From Promethearchaeota archaeon (GTDB taxonomy: Archaea > Asgardarchaeota > Lokiarchaeia > Sigyniarchaeales > SOKP01), in assembly GCA_004524535.1 (NCBI GenBank), contig SDNY01000042.1, forward strand, positions 4,184 through 28,183: DNA of 24,000 bases, written 5' to 3'. This document shows, one piece after another, positions 1-7,996 of this stretch. Made by a program: the position numbers and the translations under genes. Position 1 is the first letter of the stretch. Every line of letters begins with the position of its first letter. Under the pieces are notes generated by a model that saw only the letters and a program-made list of their open reading frames with translations, had not been told where the DNA came from and did no database searches.

Positions 1-423
1 TCCAAAATTCAAAGGTTGGGAGCCTTCTTTGCGGAGTCTCTTATTATTTTGTAGAAAATCATGTAAATATTCTTTTTCACGTAAGAATTTAAAGGATTTC
101 AAGAGTGATCCTATTCTGAAACGTAAAAGCGTCCACCAACTAAGTTCCGTCTCAAACACTTTATTGAAAACCCCCCGTTCAATATCAATTGGCATCCCCA
201 TAAAATCCTCAGTCCAATAACCTGCAATCCTATCATCGGGATCTACATAATGAGTCATGTGTTTATATACATTCTTCATTGAAAGTGCAACTCGTATATT
301 CTGAGGGGTTCCATTATTCTCAGTTTCGAACCACTTATCACTATAATATTTTGCTCTTTCAATTGAAATTTTTGGCATTTCAGTCTGGTATCTTTTACGC
401 AATCTTTTAATTCTTTCGCTCAT
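1..423 (-). CDS. Glycyl radical enzyme (PFL2/glycerol-dehydratase-like), N-terminal 141 codons only; gene continues past the left edge
   Basis: Absent from the ORF track because there is no stop in the window. Hand translation of the minus strand from ATG 423..421 reads MSERIKRLRKRYQTEMPKISIERAKYYSDKWFETENNGTPQNIRVALSMKNVYKHMTHYVDPDDRIAGYWTEDFMGMPIDIERGVF... It stays open to position 1. It is colinear with the N-terminal region of the 850-aa GRE at 4030..6582 (LTADHWICLERAKFYTDSYKETEGQHPSIRTAKALKHTFENMTIAIYPEELLVG). It starts 29 nt after the stop of the upstream gene. Confidence 0.7.
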   Translation of the reverse strand, partial: MSERIKRLRKRYQTEMPKISIERAKYYSDKWFETENNGTPQNIRVALSMKNVYKHMTHYVDPDDRIAGYWTEDFMGMPIDIERGVFNKVFETELSWWTLLRFRIGSLLKSFKFLREKEYLHDFLQNNKRLRKEGSQPLNFG

Positions 424-452
424 CTTAATCTTCTAAATTTAAAAACTTATTT

Positions 453-1253
453 TTAATACCAATCCCATTTAATATACGAGTAGGGTAAAAATTCCTCTGG
501 ATCTACTTCAGTCATTATTTCTCCTGGAAACATTTCATTCTCAGATTGTAAATACATCCCCCCTAAAATTTTTACAACTTCTATTTCTCCCCATGGATCG
601 TGGATAGTAGAATTTAAGGTAACTTCAGCTTCTCCCATCTGCATAGATTTTATTTTAGATTTAGTTACCTGCTTTATTAACCAAGGAGTATAATCAAATC
701 CCTCTTTTGTAGGATGGGGAAAATGTTTGAAAAGATAATTTACAGTCCCCTTACCTCTTTTTGGAATCATTTGGATCTCAGATACAATTTTAGGGGTTTC
801 TGCATCATTAAACTTACCGGTAATTTTCAGTTTAGCTTCAAGATTTTTTACCCCATTGCGTTCAGAAAATCCGTAAATTTCGTTTCCATTTTTCTCAAAA
901 TGGACATTTGCAATCTTTTTGGGGAAGCCAAAAATTTCACGACCTGCGAAGGTTGCTCTATCATCTGTCAGAGGCATCGCAAGGAAGTAATTTCCCAATT
1001 CATCCTTATACTTACACCTTAAAATTAATGCTGCTTCTGTGTAAGGCAATCCATATGAATGAGAGGGATAGTTAGCTACAAACGCAAGAGCAATTGGGCG
1101 CTCAAGCGGTTCTAATGGGGGTGGAAGCACACGCTCAACAACTTCCTTCTTGGTCTCCCATAATACCCAAACCATTTCTGCCCCTTCAAACACACTTGTT
1201 ACCATTTCTTCCTTCTTCTTTTTTATTTCATCTAAATCTCTTTTAAAACTCAT
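453..1253 (-). CDS. Acetoacetate decarboxylase (ADC) family protein
   Basis: 266-aa ORF. VLPPPLEPLERPIALAFVANYPSHSYGLPYTEAALILRCKY...GNYFLAMPLTDDRATFAGREIFGFPKK matches the ADC-fold signature remembered as LPxPLEP...Y.EA...GREiwGfPKK. GAGGA Shine-Dalgarno (SD)-like element lies upstream. Start is 18 nt after the Fe-S gene stop. Confidence 0.75.
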   Translation of the reverse strand: MSFKRDLDEIKKKKEEMVTSVFEGAEMVWVLWETKKEVVERVLPPPLEPLERPIALAFVANYPSHSYGLPYTEAALILRCKYKDELGNYFLAMPLTDDRATFAGREIFGFPKKIANVHFEKNGNEIYGFSERNGVKNLEAKLKITGKFNDAETPKIVSEIQMIPKRGKGTVNYLFKHFPHPTKEGFDYTPWLIKQVTKSKIKSMQMGEAEVTLNSTIHDPWGEIEVVKILGGMYLQSENEMFPGEIMTEVDPEEFLPYSYIKWDWY

Positions 1254-1271
1254 TTTATATCCTCTTTTATT

Positions 1272-2480
1272 TTATTCTATAGCTTGATTTAATAATTCTA
1301 ATAGATCTATCATTTTCATATTCGAACCTAAAGCTTTAATCGCATCGCTTAAATTTCTATAGCAGAATGGGCAAATACTCACGAGATTATCCACCCCTGT
1401 TTCTTCGGCTTCTTTTATTCTGCTTTTAGCCATTTCTAATGATAACTCTGGAAATCCCTTTTTTAGACCGCCGCCTGCACCGCAACATTTTGCATGTTGT
1501 TTTATAGTTTTCATCTCCACAATCTCGGCTATTTTACTCAAGAGTTCCCTTGGTTCTTCATATAATCCGGTATGCCGCCCGGTGTGGCAAGGATCATGAT
1601 AGGTAACCTTGAGCCCTAGATCATTTAATTGGATATTGTTTTCAGCTAAATATGTCCTTAAAAATTCAACAGTATGAAGTATTTCGATATCCAAATCCTT
1701 AAATAACTCGGCATAATCCACTTTTAGGGTTCGATAACAGCCAGCGCAGCTAGTGATAATCTTTTTGGCACCGCTCTTTTTAAATAGTTCAAGATTACGT
1801 TCGGCCACAAAATTAAAAGCTTTTCGATCTCCGGTTCGCATGGCGACACTACCGCAGCATACTTCATTTTCTCCGAATATAGAAAAATCTATTCCTAATT
1901 TTTTGAGGACTTTAGCTGTATCTATCGCTACTGCTCGAATATTAGGAGTCAAGGCAGCCGTACATCCTACGAAATAAAGAAGATCTGCCTGCTCTTTACT
2001 TGCATCTTTTATTTTAAAGTCTAATTCTTCTATCCAATTTTCTTTTTCTTTATTATCCTTGTTATAAGGATTTAGTAGTTTGACCATCGCTTTATTCATA
2101 GAATCATGAGATTCCAATCCGCAACCTGCATCTACGAGCTCAGCCCGAAGTGCTTCATAAAGAGCAACATTATTCAAATTATAATTACATGCCTCAGCAC
2201 ATGCATTACATGTGGGACATTGATATATAACTTCAGCCAATCGCTTACTAAGGTTCAAATTTTTTTCCCAAATTGATCGAATGATTTGCATCTTTCCCCG
2301 TCCGAAGAAGGGCTCAAATCCAGTAGAGTGTTCTTTCGCCACGCAGACTCCCACAACTTGAGGATCCGCCGTTATATCTACAGTCTCGCGGCAATCCCCG
2401 CAGCTAATACACGAATTAATTATATCTTTTAATTTTGCTAAATGTTTGTATTTTATATCAGGGTTAATATCAATAGTAAT
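1272..2480 (-). CDS. Fe-S oxidoreductase subunit, GlcF/HdrD/LutA-like, with two CCG cysteine-rich domains and two 4Fe-4S motifs
   Basis: CPTCNACAEAC ferredoxin-type motif plus two CCG motifs (EVCCGSVAMRTG, AKCCGAGGG). The ORF track starts at GTG 2354. The same frame stays open up to TGA 2495..2493 and encodes ...IINSCISCGDCRETVD..., the expected first cluster motif. The 5' end is therefore upstream of 2354 but has no ATG/GTG/TTG. The end coordinate 2480 is the ATT that lies 7 nt after a GGAGG. See findings. Confidence 0.8.
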   Translation of the reverse strand: MTIDINPDIKYKHLAKLKDIINSCISCGDCRETVDITADPQVVGVCVAKEHSTGFEPFFGRGKMQIIRSIWEKNLNLSKRLAEVIYQCPTCNACAEACNYNLNNVALYEALRAELVDAGCGLESHDSMNKAMVKLLNPYNKDNKEKENWIEELDFKIKDASKEQADLLYFVGCTAALTPNIRAVAIDTAKVLKKLGIDFSIFGENEVCCGSVAMRTGDRKAFNFVAERNLELFKKSGAKKIITSCAGCYRTLKVDYAELFKDLDIEILHTVEFLRTYLAENNIQLNDLGLKVTYHDPCHTGRHTGLYEEPRELLSKIAEIVEMKTIKQHAKCCGAGGGLKKGFPELSLEMAKSRIKEAEETGVDNLVSICPFCYRNLSDAIKALGSNMKMIDLLELLNQAIE

Positions 2481-2482
2481 TT

Positions 2483-4015
2483 TTATTCCTCCTCATTTAT
2501 AATATATTTTGAAATATCATCTTCGTAGCTATACATATGGAACTTTTTTGGGCTAAGAATGAAATTAGGATCCACAAGCTTTTTCATATCTTTAAAGAAT
2601 TTCATAAATTCTGTGCTATAAGCTCCTGACTCCACGATAGATTGGGAAATAACCTCACCAAGCCAATAATGTACGCCACCATATTGTGCTTGATGTCGAA
2701 CTCTCTTATGCCACATCTTCATGGCTACTTCTCGTTGATCACTTTTTATGTTATCTGCATTAAAACCTCCAGCAAAAACACAATGACCATTTGATAGAAG
2801 ATGGATGGAAGTGGCAAATAATGAAAAACTCTGATCAGGGAATTCGCTTCTATGAGCGTTATCAAAATCCGTACTAAGTTTCTTTTTTTCGGCCATGGTT
2901 GATATAGGAAGTTTATGACAAGTGGTACAAGAAAGTTTTGGAGGTGCGAGGGACACGAATTTGTTAAAATATGTATAAGAAAATTTTAAATTGAATCTCC
3001 AATCTCTCGCTTCTTCTGCGGTTAAATCAATTTCGGTCCATTCAAAAGGTCTTGCGAAATCTTTCATAATTTTTCCCAGTTTTTCTTCATAAATCTCCAA
3101 AATACGCTCATCAGTAGCTTCTAATATGAACAATATAACAGGTCCCTTTAATTTCGCTCTCTTCGGAGGTCTCTTTTTAGCTTGTGATGCTAAAATCTGC
3201 ACCACCGTACGGGGAGTGACATATAAATCTTGCATACTGTCTCGTAATTCGGTCTGGCATTTATACATTAGTTCAAATAATCTATTATAATCATCATTCA
3301 GGAGCATATAGTTTCTTCGGATCTTATAGGGAGGGTTCGGATATAATTTCAAGGATGCTTTCGTTTTAATTCCCATTGTCCCTACATCCCCCATAAAGAG
3401 CCCTGTAAAGTCTGGAGAGATTCCATATCTACAGAATGGTTTGGCATATTTATTTGCAATTGAACCCGTGCGAATAATAGTCCCGTTTGGGTCTCCTAAT
3501 ACCACCTCAACCCCAAGGCAATTATCTGTAATTAAACCATATTTGGTTGACCCAAACCCTGCGGTGCTATTGGATAATCCCCCGCCGATAGTTGCTGAAA
3601 AACCGCTTCCGGGACCGATAATCCCAATAGATAAATCTTTTTTTAATAATTCTGAATTCAGTTCTCCCCAAGTTATCCCTGTTTCAATAAAACAATAGAA
3701 ATCTTTTTCATTTATTTCTATTATTTTGTTCATCCGGGTTAAGTCCATTAAAATTCCCCCTTGAGTAGCGGACCCTCCTACTAAATCTGCACCGCCACCT
3801 CTGGGAACTATCGATATTTTATATTTATTTGCTATCTTAACTATTTCGGACACTTCTTCGGTACTTTCGGGACGAACTATCATATCTGCCCACCTATCAG
3901 GAAATGCAGGATCTACATTTCGAGAATAAGCAGCTTTCATGAAATCTTCGTCTGTAATATAATCAGAGCCAACTATATCTTCAATGTCTTTATATATATT
4001 ATCAACTTTGGCCAT
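2483..4015 (-). CDS. FAD-binding PCMH-type oxidase/dehydrogenase (GlcD / D-lactate dehydrogenase-like)
   Basis: FAD_binding_4-like N-terminal half: IVRPESTEEVSEIVKIANKYKISIVPRGGGADLVGG...GGILMDLTRMNKIIEI...ETGITWGEL. Preferred start is ATG 4015 (MAKVDNIY), preceded by GAGGT 8 nt upstream. The track's TTG 4039 would overlap the GRE stop. Confidence 0.85.
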   Translation of the reverse strand: MAKVDNIYKDIEDIVGSDYITDEDFMKAAYSRNVDPAFPDRWADMIVRPESTEEVSEIVKIANKYKISIVPRGGGADLVGGSATQGGILMDLTRMNKIIEINEKDFYCFIETGITWGELNSELLKKDLSIGIIGPGSGFSATIGGGLSNSTAGFGSTKYGLITDNCLGVEVVLGDPNGTIIRTGSIANKYAKPFCRYGISPDFTGLFMGDVGTMGIKTKASLKLYPNPPYKIRRNYMLLNDDYNRLFELMYKCQTELRDSMQDLYVTPRTVVQILASQAKKRPPKRAKLKGPVILFILEATDERILEIYEEKLGKIMKDFARPFEWTEIDLTAEEARDWRFNLKFSYTYFNKFVSLAPPKLSCTTCHKLPISTMAEKKKLSTDFDNAHRSEFPDQSFSLFATSIHLLSNGHCVFAGGFNADNIKSDQREVAMKMWHKRVRHQAQYGGVHYWLGEVISQSIVESGAYSTEFMKFFKDMKKLVDPNFILSPKKFHMYSYEDDISKYIINEEE

Positions 4016-4029
4016 TTTTATAAAACCTC

Positions 4030-6582
4030 TTAAAAACAATTACAAAATTCAATTCTATCTATCAAATCATCTTGGATTGACCTGCCAAGCCTTGTAAAAT
4101 AGGCTGAATATCCAGAAACCCGTACAATTAAATCGGGATAATTTTCAGGATGTAGTTGAGCATCCTTTAATGTGTCAGTTCCCATATTATTGACTTGAAG
4201 ATGCATTCCTCCTTTTTCAAAGTAGGTTTCAAGCAAATTCTTAAAGGTTTCGAGGCCCTTATCATTATCTGTTAAGAAGGGTGGGAACCTCATATTCAGA
4301 GAATCACCATATCCTATATCCGTATGGTCAATTTTAGCTACTGAATTTAATGCTGCGGTAGGACCATTCAGTTCAGCACCATTACAAGGAGATATTGCGT
4401 TTGAAAGTGGCTCACCCGCTTTTCTTCCATTCGGAGTTGCGGGTTCTAATGCTCCTTCATACACATTTAGACCATAAGAACTAAAACTTGGTTTGAAAAA
4501 ATCTCCCATTGACAAATTTTTACTCTTTACCATTGCACAAAACTTTTTTACTAATTCAACGGCGATTTTATCTGTGTAATCATCATCATTTCCAAATTTT
4601 GGGCCATTCATTAAGATTTGCCTTAAAGGTTCGTTATCCTTAAAATTGGTTTGTATAGCATGAAGTAAATCGCTCATAGATATTGTTTTTTCTTCATACA
4701 CAAACTTCTTTATAGCCGCTAAAGAATCTACTATCGTTCCTAATCCCCCACCACCAATTGCATGGAACATGAGTTCAGCTCCTCCTTGAGTCATATCCTT
4801 AGCATTTTCAATACACCCATCAATAGTACATGAAATCAATGGATTATGATAATTTTCAGCCCAGACTTGATCTCTCAAATCTCCTGCTTTAGCACATACA
4901 TCAACAATACGTTCTAATTGAGTATAATATGCTTCCATAAACTCGTCAAATGACTTAAACTCTGCGGGATCTCCCGTATCAATATCTTTTTCTCCTCCAA
5001 AAAAGGTTGTAATACCCCGATTAAATGTCAAATCAAGAATAGATGGAAAATATAGTTTAGTACCACCAGTTGCTCCATATGTATCTCCATTACCACTTGG
5101 CTCTACACACCCCACTATACAGTAGTCTCTTGCAGCTTCCAATGAATATCCATCTTTTTCAAGAGCTTTAATAATAACCTCATCATTAAACATAGCTGGT
5201 CCGGCTGTATATTTTTGTAATTCCAAGACCTTTTTTATATATTCTTCAGGACTATTTTTTGAAATTCGGAAAGAGGATTGAGTAGCAAGCTTAGTATTTT
5301 TTATTGCTTCCATAAAGATATAAGTAAGGTCATTGGTCGCATCCTCTCCATTTCGATCTACTCCTCCAAAAGTAATATCTTGAACATCTGAACCTAAATG
5401 GTTAAGGCGAGCACCCAATACATTAGGCCATATCACTACATTATTGTTAATCTTTATGATAACTTCTTCAAGTAACCTTAAAGCATCATCATCCGTAATT
5501 AAATTGGCATTTTTATCTTTCTTATAATATGGATATAGGATTTGATCCAGACGCCCTGGAGTCATACCACCCATCCCATAACTGATTATTACCACATTAT
5601 GAGTAAACCAGAAAGATTGGACTGCTTCATAAAATGTTTCTGGAGGATTCCAAGGTACCTTTTCACAAATTTTTGCAATTTTCAATAATTCCTTTTTTCT
5701 TTCCTCATCAGGTTCAGTACTCGCTATCTCCTTAGCTAATTTTGTGAAGCGAAGACTAAAATCTCTCATTGCTTCACAAGTCATAATAACACCCTCCAGA
5801 AAACCCTTCTCTGAATCATTCTTAGCAGTCTTTAATCTGTTTTCAGCTTGTTCTTTTATACCTTTAAATCCAAATTTCACGACATTCTTATATCCTGGAA
5901 CAATATGACCTTGCATATCAATACATCTTCCCCTTCCTTTCACATTATCAGCAGTGCCTACTTTCATTAGTTTAATCCATTTTGGTAGTTGTAAAAAGAA
6001 TTTAACTTTATCAAAGAAATTAGCATCTGGGTCTGTCACCAGCTTACCTATGTGTTTCAAACCAAACGCATTTCTTAGTCTTTTTAATCCACCATTGCCT
6101 AAAGTAAGTTTGTCCGATAAATTATGTTCCTCAAATAATGGAACCTTCAGAGCTCTCACGGATTTATCTTTCCAGTAAGGTATAATCTCTTTATTAAGCC
6201 ATTTTTTATGCTCTTTCGTGATATGATATCCATATCTTTTCTTAAGAGTTGGTAAAAGATACTTTATTACCATATTCATGTCTCCTCTCTCAGGGGCAAT
6301 AGGGGGTGCAATATATTGGGAGGATCTATTTCCCACCAATAATTCCTCAGGATAAATAGCTATAGTCATATTCTCAAAGGTGTGCTTTAAAGCCTTTGCT
6401 GTACGGATTGAAGGATGTTGCCCTTCTGTTTCTTTATAACTATCCGTATAAAATTTCGCTCGCTCCAAGCAGATCCAATGATCTGCTGTTAATAAGCGAT
6501 CTTTTTGAATTTGATTTTGAGGATGAAGACCCGTTGAATTAAATTCTGGAACTTTTACCTGTTTTTTAATCTCAGCTTGCAT
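4030..6582 (-). CDS. Glycyl radical enzyme, PFL2/glycerol-dehydratase-like (eliminase-type Cys loop)
   Basis: 850 aa. C-terminal glycyl-radical motif LIVRVSGYSAYFTRLGRSIQDDLIDR, with the Gly codon at 4113..4111. Catalytic loop IVGCVEPSG, with the Cys-Val-Glu codons at 5109..5101. GTGAT SD-like element lies 5 nt before the ATG. Confidence 0.9.
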   Translation of the reverse strand: MQAEIKKQVKVPEFNSTGLHPQNQIQKDRLLTADHWICLERAKFYTDSYKETEGQHPSIRTAKALKHTFENMTIAIYPEELLVGNRSSQYIAPPIAPERGDMNMVIKYLLPTLKKRYGYHITKEHKKWLNKEIIPYWKDKSVRALKVPLFEEHNLSDKLTLGNGGLKRLRNAFGLKHIGKLVTDPDANFFDKVKFFLQLPKWIKLMKVGTADNVKGRGRCIDMQGHIVPGYKNVVKFGFKGIKEQAENRLKTAKNDSEKGFLEGVIMTCEAMRDFSLRFTKLAKEIASTEPDEERKKELLKIAKICEKVPWNPPETFYEAVQSFWFTHNVVIISYGMGGMTPGRLDQILYPYYKKDKNANLITDDDALRLLEEVIIKINNNVVIWPNVLGARLNHLGSDVQDITFGGVDRNGEDATNDLTYIFMEAIKNTKLATQSSFRISKNSPEEYIKKVLELQKYTAGPAMFNDEVIIKALEKDGYSLEAARDYCIVGCVEPSGNGDTYGATGGTKLYFPSILDLTFNRGITTFFGGEKDIDTGDPAEFKSFDEFMEAYYTQLERIVDVCAKAGDLRDQVWAENYHNPLISCTIDGCIENAKDMTQGGAELMFHAIGGGGLGTIVDSLAAIKKFVYEEKTISMSDLLHAIQTNFKDNEPLRQILMNGPKFGNDDDYTDKIAVELVKKFCAMVKSKNLSMGDFFKPSFSSYGLNVYEGALEPATPNGRKAGEPLSNAISPCNGAELNGPTAALNSVAKIDHTDIGYGDSLNMRFPPFLTDNDKGLETFKNLLETYFEKGGMHLQVNNMGTDTLKDAQLHPENYPDLIVRVSGYSAYFTRLGRSIQDDLIDRIEFCNCF

Positions 6583-6624
6583 TTTTTATCACTTTTAGAA
6601 TTAGAATCTGTTAAAAAATTAAAC

Positions 6625-6690
6625 ATTTCTAGAAATATCTGTAATATTCTTCAAGTTACACTAGTAGAAATAGGTATTTATAGTTTCTAC
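6625..6690. promoter_or_regulatory. Candidate operator/promoter of the GRE operon: 12-bp palindrome ATTTCTAGAAAT plus inverted repeat GTAGAAA-N13-TTTCTAC bracketing a TATA-like element
   Basis: Palindrome at 6625..6636. Inverted repeat at 6664..6670 and 6684..6690; on the coding (minus) strand its spacer reads CTATAAATACCTA. All elements share the half-site TTTCTA/TAGAAA. They lie 43-108 nt upstream of the GRE ATG (6582). Confidence 0.35.
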
Positions 6691-6813
6691 CTATTTAAGA
6701 GCATTTCTTTAAATATAAATTGAGTTTTTAAGGCTTTCAAGGTTCAGAAATTAAATTAAACTGTTATGAGAATTAAATTCTTTTTTTATAAATTACATCT
6801 CTCACTATAGCTC

Positions 6814-7686
6814 TTATCCTTTAAATCCTGCAGCAAGTTGTGCATCTGCAGTCGGCCTTAAAAGAATATAAGTACGACGTGTATATTCAATAAGTTCTTC
6901 ATGGTCTGAATAAAGTGCTGAAGCTTCTTTAATGTTTATTCTATTATTTTTTACATCACTTTTAATTAACGTCATAATTAATTCCCGATTATCGACCATT
7001 GTCATTCTTATGGGAGGGGCAAAATTAATTGCTTTAACATCAATATCAGTGGTTGTCTGACCATCGATCAAACCAATCGGTTCAAGTATTTCCTTTCTAA
7101 AGTGGATCCTAAATTTGGGTGGCCCTCCATAAAGAATCTTTATTTTTATACCCTTTTTTATTGCTTTTTGTATATAATCTCGCAAAAGATCCTCTTCATA
7201 TTTTAATAAATAAGCCATAATTAGGATAATTTCATCTTTTGCGCCCTCTAGAATATTTCTCATAAGTTTATGATACTCTTCTAAACCAGTCACGAAATTA
7301 AGGGGAGGCACTTCACTAAATGGGTAATTTATACCGAGTTTGGGTAATAATTTAATTTCATTGAATATGGATTCAGAAGCTTTTTCTAATTCATTTTTAC
7401 GCGACTTTAATAAATTCTCAATGGCAATTGCAGGTTCTATAGGTCTTATAAACATAGGGCGAGTATTATCAATCTGAATCAATTTTCTTTCTTCTAATCT
7501 TTTAATAATATTATATACTTTTGGTTTTGAATATTTTGAAAGCTCTATTAAGTCAGTCGCCTTTATTTTATTATAAATACTTTTTGAATCTTTTCTTGGA
7601 ATCAAAGATAACTGAATTAATAATTTGTAAATATTTTCTTCAGCATCATTAAAATTAAATTCTGAAAAGGGATTATAGATTGACAT
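6814..7686 (-). CDS. TrmB-family transcriptional regulator (N-terminal wHTH plus TrmB-type C-terminal domain)
   Basis: 290 aa. wHTH segment ATDLIELSKYSKPKVYNIIKRLEERKLIQI. Then a coiled-coil linker (LLKSRKNELEKASESIFNEI) and a C-terminal domain (EIILIMAYLLKYEE...IKIKILYG) arranged as in TrmB-like regulators. Sits directly upstream of, and co-oriented with, the GRE operon. Confidence 0.7.
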   Translation of the reverse strand: MSIYNPFSEFNFNDAEENIYKLLIQLSLIPRKDSKSIYNKIKATDLIELSKYSKPKVYNIIKRLEERKLIQIDNTRPMFIRPIEPAIAIENLLKSRKNELEKASESIFNEIKLLPKLGINYPFSEVPPLNFVTGLEEYHKLMRNILEGAKDEIILIMAYLLKYEEDLLRDYIQKAIKKGIKIKILYGGPPKFRIHFRKEILEPIGLIDGQTTTDIDVKAINFAPPIRMTMVDNRELIMTLIKSDVKNNRINIKEASALYSDHEELIEYTRRTYILLRPTADAQLAAGFKG

Positions 7687-7741
7687 ATTATCGACTCATC
7701 TATGTGTAAATTTAAATAAACTCTCTTTAAGTAATAAATAG

Positions 7742-7754
7742 AATACTGAGTATT
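7742..7754. promoter_or_regulatory. Palindrome AATACT-G-AGTATT in the divergent TrmB / crotonase intergenic region (candidate TrmB-type operator)
   Basis: Perfect 6-bp arms around one central base, 56-68 nt upstream of the TrmB-family ATG (7686). Contains a TACT...AGTA core. Confidence 0.3.
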
Positions 7755-7775
7755 TTAAGTTAAGTATTTACTTTT

Positions 7776-7812
7776 TTAACAACTAACTAGTTATAAAAAT
7801 CCTTAACAACTA
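7776..7812. repeat. Direct 10-bp repeat TTAACAACTA (two copies, starts 27 bp apart) in the same divergent intergenic region
   Basis: Copies at 7776..7785 and 7803..7812, read directly from the sequence. Confidence 0.4.
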
Positions 7813-7996
7813 TCTAAAATCTCATTTAATGATTAAGCTATCCCATGAATAATTCATTTCTATTTTAATGAAAGCTAGTAACAATGCCAATCCACAGTCT
7901 CTTTTCCATGAAAATTCAGACATATTATTTTTTATTCAATATAAATTTTATATTCTAAGTGGTATATTATAGATTTATTAATAGTAGGAGATAGAA

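Noticed and set aside
4016-4039. TTG-initiated 8-codon N-terminal extension (MFLRGFIK) of the FAD oxidase
   Set aside because: It would overlap the GRE stop. The internal ATG 4015 has a GAGGT SD at proper spacing and a typical N-terminus (MAKVDN...).
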